NCBI RefSeq assembly: GCF_006345805.1
Contig: NW_021829504.1
Coordinates: forward strand, 1 to 6,041
Length of the DNA: 6,041 bases
Direction: 5' to 3'
From: Octopus sinensis
Taxonomy: Eukaryota
Below the pieces are notes generated by a model, which was given only the letters and a program-made list of their open reading frames with translations, was not told where the DNA came from and did not search any database. Positions 1 through 5,382 of this stretch are shown in pieces. The position numbers were made by a program, and so were the translations under genes. Each line of letters opens with the position of its first letter. The stretch's first letter is position 1.

Positions 1-496
1 GTGTTTTCTTGTTGTTGATGATGTTTTTGCTGTTGGAGTGGTTGTGAATTGGGCTGCAGTTTGCTTTTTGTGTTTGTTTTTGCTGTGTTGTAAGTGTAGG
101 GCTATGTACCCTACTCCTCTTCTTCACCTACCCCCTTTTTTAACAGTGGTCCATATTTTGACCTACTCTTCTTTCTCCATATCATTGCTGTTGTTGTTGG
201 TTTTGGGAGTAGGGCATTCAGAAACTTGCTTTTTCATGGGTGCCAGGAGTAAACTCATTCATTGTCTTGGTTTGGGTAAGGATAGTGGAGTCTTTAGCAC
301 TTCCACTTCATTTTGTGTTTGTGGTGTTGGCAGTATTGGGTGGTTTGTTTACTTTGTTTGAGGACAGAAAGCCTTTAAGTGAGTCACAAATCCACATATG
401 TGACATCTTTCTACTGGCCACTATCACCGATAGGTGAGTGACATCTCGGAAGCCTATCAAGCCAGGTACTTCATCAATATATATTTGGTTAGTTTG
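1..496 (-). pseudogene. Decayed gag-like ORF1 fragment of a non-LTR retrotransposon (L1/Tx1-like) with CCHC zinc knuckle; runs off the left edge
   Basis: Manual minus-strand translation: IDEVPGLIGFRDVTHLSVIVASR (from 478), a frameshift near 410-420, then RCHICGFVTHLKAFCPQ. The knuckle is C-x2-C-x4-H-x4-C at 405..364. It is followed by a Pro/Thr/Lys-rich linker including KIWTTVKKGGR, with 4 in-frame stops between 360 and 1. The minus strand is strongly A/C-rich, as LINE sense strands usually are. Clade assignment is from recall. Confidence 0.7.
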
Positions 497-712
497 TAAT
501 AATAATAAAATACTTTCTACTATAGGTGCAAGGCCTGAAATTTGGGGGAGGGGGGGGCTAGTCGATTACATCAACCCCAGTATTCAACTGGTACTTATTT
601 CAATGATCCCAAAATGATGAAAGGCAGAATTTGAACACAGAACATAAGGACGGCCAAAATGTGGGTAAGCATTTTGCCTGGCATGGTAATGATTTTGCCA
701 GTTCATTGCCTT
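497..712 (-). mobile_element. tRNA-derived SINE, family A copy 1 (MetaSINE-like central domain), with (ATT)n tail
   Basis: Minus strand reads AAGGCAATGAACTGGCAAAATCATT (A-box-like TGGCAAAATCA) ... GTGTTCAAATTCTGCC (B-box-like) ... TTTCATCATTTTGGGATCATTGAAATAAGTACCAG ... ending in (ATT)n at 497-510. Colinear with 1602-1815, 1820-2008 and 3715-3900. Confidence 0.85.
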
Positions 713-734
713 AATAATAATAATAATAATAATA

Positions 735-765
<31 letters not shown>
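712..765. repeat. Compound trinucleotide microsatellite (TAA)n(TGA)n
   Basis: About 8 TAA units followed directly by about 10 TGA units. Confidence 0.97.
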
Positions 766-766
<1 letters not shown>

Positions 767-768
767 AA

Positions 769-1591
769 ATGAGGGTATTGGCGAGGCGATGCATACCCTG
801 CATGCAGATAAATTTTTTCACAAATTATGGCGTGGCTTACAATGCGTTGCTTACCCATGCTTTTTAATTGAACTGAATTAATTTTTTTTTAAGTATCACC
901 ATTATAGGTGAAATTAAGAAATCAATTTGTAAATAAACAAAACCCTCAAATCCATCAGTGTACACACACAAACTTATAGTTGCATATCTATATATGAATT
1001 TATGTATGTACCCACACATGTCTACATGCCATGATCTATGCACAAGCAGATGAGGGTCAATTCATATGATAAAGAAAGGGAACAAAATAATATGACCACT
1101 TGCTTATCAGGAAATTTGTAAGTTCGATTTTTTAATTTTTTAAATTTTTTTTTCAGTATCACCATTATAAGTATTTATACTCCAGTGAAATTAAGAAATT
1201 AAGTCATAAATAAACAAAACCCTCAAATCCATCAGTGTACACACACACAGTTGCATAACTATGTATGTTTGTATGGACCCACATGTGTCTATGCGCATAG
1301 GTACACCCTGATCTATACACACGCAGATGAGGGTCGATTCATATGGAAAAGAAAGTGAACAAAATATATGACCACTTGCTTATTAGGAAATTTGTAAGTT
1401 CAATTAAATTTTTTTTTTTTTAAAAAGATAATCAAACCAAATGTTCATCATTTCGAGCCATTCACCTAATGAGTATTTATGCCAAATGTGCTGAAAATCC
1501 ATTCAACCATTTTCCACTAATTTTGCAAACACACGGACAAACAGACAAAGGCGAGTGATTACAATACCCTGCTTTTGCTTATGCACAAGGG
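769..1591. mobile_element. Non-autonomous HINE/Helentron-like rolling-circle element with internal tandem repeat
   Basis: Perfect 9-bp subterminal inverted repeat AGGGTATTG (772-780) / CAATACCCT (1562-1570). A nearby partial inverted repeat ATACCCT (793-799) can pair with the left subTIR. GACA-like microsatellite seed ACACGGACAAACAGACAAA (~1530-1548) lies just inside the right subTIR. An imperfect terminal palindrome CCCT..AGGG spans 1567-1591. Central 2-unit tandem array and A-rich flanks. This matches the DINE-1/HINE architecture; the family is not identified. Confidence 0.6.
892..1421. repeat. Tandem duplication, 2 units of ~263-267 bp (892-1154, 1155-1421)
   Basis: Both units start AGTATCACCATTATA and end GGAAATTTGTAAGTTC plus a T-tract. 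A 41-nt block is identical (930-970 = 1207-1247). The rest is colinear with substitutions and small indels. Confidence 0.96.
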
Positions 1592-1601
1592 ATAATAATA
1601 A

Positions 1602-1815
1602 TTTCAAATTTTTGGCACAAAGTCAGCAGCTATGTGGGAGGGGATAAGTCAATTATATCATCCTCAAAGTTCAACTGGTACTTGTTTTATTGACCCCAAA
1701 GTGATGAAAAGACAAAGTCAACCTTGGCAGAAATTGAACTCAGAATGTAAAATCAAATGAAATGCCACTAAGCATTTTGCCCAATGTGTTAATGATCCTG
1801 CCAGCTCACTACCTT
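1602..1815 (-). mobile_element. tRNA-derived SINE, family A copy 2
   Basis: Minus strand AAGGTAGTGAGCTGGCAGGATCATT ... GAGTTCAATTTCTGCCAAGGTTGACTTTGTCTTTTCATCACTTTGGGGTCAATAAAACAAGTACCAG ... TGTGCCAAAAATTTGAAATTATTATT; aligns with 3715-3900. Confidence 0.85.
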
Positions 1816-1819
1816 AATT

Positions 1820-2008
1820 CTTTCAAATTTTGGCACAAGGCCAGCAACTTTAAGGGAATGGGTAAGTTCATTATATCAACTTGAAAAAAATTTTATTACA
1901 CTAAAAAGGATGAACGGCAAAGTTCACCCAAGTACAATGTACAGAAACAAAACAAATGCTGCTCAGCATTTTGTCTGAATTACCAAAACTTCTGCTTGTT
2001 CACTGCTT
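1820..2008 (-). mobile_element. tRNA-derived SINE, family A copy 3 (strongly decayed)
   Basis: Shares TTTCAAATTTTGGCACAAGGCCAGCA, ATTATATCA, GGATGAACGGCAAAGT and CAGCATTTTG blocks with copy 2, in the same order and orientation. Confidence 0.75.
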
Positions 2009-2024
2009 AAATAATAACTATAAA

Positions 2025-2106
2025 CACCACCACCACCATCATCATCAACACCACTATCATCATCATCCTCTCCATCACCATCACAGTTATCACCATCATT
2101 ATTATT
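2025..2106. repeat. Low-complexity (CAC)n/(CAT)n trinucleotide tract
   Basis: caccaccaccaccatcatcatcaacaccactatcatcatcatc... ending in attatt. Confidence 0.9.
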
Positions 2107-2166
2107 TTGAATAGTTTATACACTACCCTCAACAAAACAAAAATGAATAATAATTAAAAAAAAAGA

Positions 2167-2202
2167 AACAATTGCACAACACTTTTGTGTTGTGCAATTG
2201 TT
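2167..2202. repeat. Perfect inverted repeat: 16-bp stem, TTTT loop
   Basis: AACAATTGCACAACAC (2167-2182) - TTTT - GTGTTGTGCAATTGTT (2187-2202); the arms are exact reverse complements. Confidence 0.97.
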
Positions 2203-2709
2203 ATTCTTCATTGTAATGCCAAATAATCCCTTATAGCAAACAAGTTGGAAAAACATTCGCCCACGGCCAACAAATGTAAAGTGGTAAAAACTAGTTTGAC
2301 AAAGTGATACTCAAAGAATGCAATCATCTCTTTTTCTGTATCAGGAAATATTTTATGTAATATGCCTTTTCTTTTTTTAAGAAAGGACAATGCATTTCAA
2401 AGAAGATCTAGCTGTTGCTTCTAGCATGTTGACCTTCCCCAATCCTTGACTTGTGATGGTACTTGATAAAAACATATGCAGAAGGATACTGATAGAAAAT
2501 TTTGAGACTTAAGGAAGAAATGACATTGGAGAAGTAATTTTAGAAGTATGTGTGTTTGTGTGTGGGTATATATGTATGTATATATTTATGTGGGTGGTTA
2601 CAAGCCAGTAGACAGAATGTCTAGTAAATCTAGCTGATAAATCTAGATAGAACATCTAGTAAATCCTACACACACACATATATATAATATGCACAACCAT
2701 ATAACATAC

Positions 2710-2763
<54 letters not shown>

Positions 2764-2777
2764 GAGAGAGAGAGAGA
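2710..2777. repeat. Compound dinucleotide microsatellite (TA)n(GA)n
   Basis: Near-perfect TA run 2710-2759 followed by AG run 2761-2777. Confidence 0.97.
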
Positions 2778-3082
2778 TGCGTGTATGTATGCATATCATT
2801 TTATGTGTGTGTGTACTATTTTATAAGATATGCAGATAATGATATCACACACACACAAAAATGTAGATATTGTTGATAATGAATAATATCAACTGCAGTA
2901 AAGTCAGTGAATGTCTACCAGAAAGTAATGGCAATTCTAAAAGAATATATCATGTATAGAATGCTATGAAAGTAACATAGAATTACAAGAACTGATGTTG
3001 TTATGGATACATGAAATACCGAGGAATCTTCTGTGAATGACTGGAAGGAGTCAGATGGGTCAATACTTGGGCGATATCAGAT

Positions 3083-3168
3083 ACACAAACACACACACAC
3101 ATGCATATACAAATACATACATTTATGTACATACACACATGATGTGTGTGCATGTGTGTTGTATGTAT
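3083..3168. repeat. Degenerate (CA)n/(TA)n/(TG)n low-complexity tract
   Basis: acacaaacacacacacacatgcatatac...atgtgtgtgcatgtgtgttgtatgtatac. Confidence 0.85.
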
Positions 3169-3556
3169 ACTCTCTCTTTTACTCGTTTCAGTCATTTGAC
3201 TGCGGCCATGCTGGAGCACCGCCTTTAGTCGAGCAAATCGACCCCGGGACTTATTCTTTGTAAGCCCAGTACTTATTCTATCGGTCTCTTTTGCCGAACC
3301 GCTAAGTGACGGGGACGTAAACACACCAGCATCGGTTGTCAAGCAATGCTAGGGGGACAAACACAGACACACACACTTATATATATATACATATATACGA
3401 CAGGCTTCTTTCAGTTTCCGTCTACCAAATCCACTCACAAGGCATTGGTCGGCCCGGGGCTATAGCAGAAGACACTTGCCCAAGATGGCACGCAGTGGGA
3501 CTGAACCCGGAACCATGTGGTCGGTTAGCAAGCTACTTACCACACAGCCACTCCTG
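3169..3556 (-). mobile_element. Near full-length, young tRNA-derived SINE (family B): CORE-like domain, internal (TA)/(TG) microsatellite, 3' tail
   Basis: Minus strand: A-box TGGCTGTGTGG (3550-3540), B-box GGTTCAGTCCC (3507-3497), CATCTTGGGCAAGTGTCTT (3487-3469, resembling the MIR/CORE motif ACCTTGGGCAAGT), internal microsatellite ~3360-3398, and tail GGCGGTGCTCCAGCATGGCCGCAGTCAAATGACTGAAACGAGTAAAAGAGAGAG. Many CpGs are retained. Confidence 0.88.
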
Positions 3557-3714
3557 TTAATGAATGTTAGCACATCAGTATTGAAGTTTAGCACACTAGA
3601 GATTCGATAGAATGGTTTAGTGTAGGTTGCCAGCACCTGTACCAAAGCAAGTATTTTTGCATGTGAGGTGGAAGTGTGTGCTATTTTGTTTTTATTATTA
3701 CTACTACTACATTT

Positions 3715-3900
3715 AAGGTGGCAAGCTGGCAGAGTCATCAGCATGTTGGACAAAATGCTTAGTGGTATTTCATCCATCTTTACGTTCCGAGTTCAAATTC
3801 TGCCAAGGTCAATTTGGCCTTTCATACTTTTGGGGTCAATTAAAATGGGTACCGGCCAAGTACTGGGGTCAAATTTGCTTGCTTTGTGCCAAAATTTAAA
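3715..3900 (+). mobile_element. tRNA-derived SINE, family A copy 4 (inverted relative to copies 1-3)
   Basis: A-box-like TGGCAGAGTCA (3727-3737), B-box-like GAGTTCAAATTC (3789-3800), central GCCTTTCATACTTTTGGGGTCAATTAAAATGGGTACC (3817-3853), and tail TTGTGCCAAAATTT shared with copies 2 and 3. Confidence 0.85.
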
Positions 3901-3986
3901 ATTAACATTTCTACTACATTTTTCTTCTTTTAAAATTTGGCACTGCTTAGAATTTTGTGTCCTGCTCACACTACACCGCTGATTCA

Positions 3987-4031
3987 ATGATAATAACAAT
4001 AATTATTATTATTATTATTATTATCATTATT
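3987..4031. repeat. (ATT)n microsatellite
   Basis: About 10 mostly perfect TTA units at 4002-4031, preceded by AAT-like units. Confidence 0.93.
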
Positions 4032-4051
4032 CCAGCTTTTTACATTCTGTA

Positions 4052-4145
4052 TTAGGAAAGGCATCCAGCTTTAGAAACCATGCCAATGCAGACAGCAGAG
4101 GCTGATGCACTTTTCTGACTTACCAGATCCTGTTAAACTGTCCAA
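4052..4145 (+). mobile_element. Decayed fragment of repeat family C (same family as 5139-5280)
   Basis: TTAGGAAAGGCATCCAGCTTTAGAAAC matches TTAGGAAGGGCATCCAGCTGTAGAAAC (5153-5179) at 25/27. Stays colinear to CTGTCCAA vs CCGTCCAA (5231-5238), then stops. Confidence 0.8.
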
Positions 4146-4147
4146 GC

Positions 4148-4312
4148 TGGTGGTCAGTGTGGAAACTGGGGATAGATGAGTGGTTGGTAAGAACTGTACA
4201 AGTCATGTACAGGGATGCTGTCAGTAAGGTGAGGGTCGGCAACAAGTATAGTGAAGAATTCTGGGTAGAAGTAGGGGTTCCCCAAGGATCAGTCCTCAGC
4301 CCCCTCTTATTC
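4148..4312 (+). pseudogene. Internal reverse transcriptase fragment of a non-LTR retrotransposon (RTE-clade-like)
   Basis: WWSVWKLGIDEWLVRTVQVMYRDAVSKVRVGNKYSEEFWVEVGVPQGSVLSPLLF contains the non-LTR RT motif GVxQGxxLSPLLF and the preceding LGI..W.VR..Y segment. Similarity ends at the F codon (4312); no YADD motif follows. Confidence 0.9.
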
Positions 4313-4448
4313 AAGCTTATTTCCCCTGGGTATGTGAAATTTATCCCTTGTTTGAGAACCTCTGTTTTACAATGTGTTCTAATAATAATACATTTTTGGG
4401 AGGAACTGAATCTCAAAGCAGATAAAGCTATAAGTGATAGTCTTTTAT

Positions 4449-4498
4449 CTTCTACTTGTTTCAACCATTAGACGGTGGTCTTACTGGAACACTGCCTT
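4449..4498 (-). mobile_element. Old 3'-tail fragment related to SINE family B
   Basis: Ungapped match to 3176-3225 at 38/50 by manual alignment. Confidence 0.75.
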
Positions 4499-4591
4499 GA
4501 AGAATTTTTTAATACTATTACCACTGAGGCCAACTTTGGCTTTCATTCTTTATGTGCATATGTGAGTGTAGAAACAAATATTATACTTCAG

Positions 4592-4797
4592 CCTGCTAAA
4601 GTCATTGACCTGCAACAGTTCAAAAGAAACATTAATGGCATCAGTCACACTAGTCTCTCAGGACCTACAAGTATCTGCAGGCATGGAGAGGAAGGTGCAG
4701 GCTGCCGTTTTGCACACCAAAGACTCCGCCACATAAACATGAAACAGAGTGGAAACCACTCTGGAAAGGACTATGCACCACCAGCCCCAAAACGGAG
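4592..4797 (+). CDS. Candidate internal exon of an unidentified host gene
   Basis: Acceptor-like TTATACTTCAG| at 4591 (alternative TAGTCTCTCAG| at 4661) and donor GAG|GTATGC at 4797/4798. The frame is open: [68 protein letters not shown]. It is non-repetitive and more GC-rich than its flanks. I do not recognise the protein. Confidence 0.4.
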
Positions 4798-4866
4798 GTA
4801 TGCACATGTATTGCACGCTACAAACCAAACTTATCAACAAGTTATTGAAAGGGCAGCTGCTGAACA

Positions 4867-5062
4867 ATATATATACATACATATATATACAAATATATAC
4901 ACACACACATATATATACGTATATATGAATATATATAAATATAACTATATAAAGATACATATATATATAGACATATATATACATATATATAGATATAGAT
5001 ATACATATATATATATATATTAAATATATATATATATACATATATATAGAAATATACATATA
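4867..5062. repeat. Long degenerate (TA)n microsatellite
   Basis: About 195 bp of TA with interspersed CA/GA variants. Confidence 0.97.
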
Positions 5063-5090
5063 TTAGCAGAGATACCCAGCGTTGCCCGGT
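5063..5090 (-). other. Helitron 3' terminal hairpin and CTRR end
   Basis: Minus strand ACCGGGCAACGCTGGGT-ATCTCTG-CTAA|T. The stem has one mismatch and one G-T pair; the hairpin ends 11 nt from the terminus. Confidence 0.75.
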
Positions 5091-5138
5091 TACATTCAAT
5101 TGAAGAATTAGACTTTTCTGTTATATATATATATATAA

Positions 5139-5280
5139 CGGAGTGGTTGGCGTTAGGAAGGGCATCCAGCTGTAGAAACACTGCCAGATCAGACTGGTGC
5201 AGCCTTCTGGCTTCCCAGACCCCAGTTGAACCGTCCAACCCATGCTAGCATGAAAAGCGGATGTTAAACGACGACGATAT
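5139..5280 (+). mobile_element. 5'-truncated retroposon (repeat family C, SINE/RTE-associated) with intact 3' end, nested in the Helitron 3' UTR
   Basis: GGCGTTAGGAAGGGCATCCAGCTGTAGAAAC...CCGTCCAACCCATGCTAGCATGAAAAGCGGATGTTAAACGACGACGAT. Ends in a short (ACG)n tail, sits at a TA run and is homologous to 4052-4145. Confidence 0.8.
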
Positions 5281-5382
5281 GGATACACACATATATATGT
5301 ATATTAATATAAATACATGAAAGTACATGAAGTTTGTTAAAAAAAAAAAGGGGATCATGTATATACATCCTGGCTGTTGAGA

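Noticed and set aside
38-437. Plus-strand ORFs 38-361 and 240-437 (hydrophobic, membrane-protein-like)
   Set aside because: Antisense shadows of the A/C-rich ORF1 remnant; the G/T skew creates V/L/F/C-rich stop-poor frames.
892-1421. CRISPR-like or prokaryotic repeat array
   Set aside because: Two long diverged units without a repeat-spacer structure; the context is eukaryotic.
2155-2202. Rho-independent terminator (hairpin followed by a T-run on minus)
   Set aside because: No bacterial context or upstream gene; kept only as an inverted repeat.
2880-3080. Short protein-like frames (e.g. AVKSVNVYQKVMAILKEYIMYRML, NDWKESDGSILGRYQ)
   Set aside because: All frames are interrupted by stops, with no recognisable motif or convincing splice pair.
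2780-3168. Quasi-palindromes such as (TG)n...(CA)n and ACACACAT-G-ATGTGTGT
   Set aside because: Trivial consequence of adjacent complementary microsatellites.
3490-3556. tRNA gene (also at the heads of family A copies)
   Set aside because: A/B boxes are present, but I could not fold a cloverleaf, and they continue into SINE body and tail.
3001-3999. ORFs 3001-3342, 3033-3263, 3037-3228, 3336-3560, 3460-3777, 3668-3982, 3793-3999
   Set aside because: They run through SINE and microsatellite sequence; no protein motifs.
4120-4471. Full ORFs 4120-4464 (-) and 4157-4471 (+)
   Set aside because: The minus ORF is antisense to the RT fragment; the plus ORF loses RT similarity after 4312.
4676-4717. 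CCCH zinc finger in [14 protein letters not shown]
   Set aside because: Spacing is C-x8-C-x3-H with only two cysteines; the third required by C-x8-C-x5-C-x3-H is missing.
4475-5023. 182-aa ORF as a single-exon gene
   Set aside because: It starts (GTG) inside a SINE tail remnant and ends in the TA microsatellite; only 4592-4797 is kept as a candidate exon.
4658-5238. Y/I-rich ORFs 4658-5059, 4842-5099, 5020-5238
   Set aside because: Translations of (TA)n, which lacks stops in these frames.
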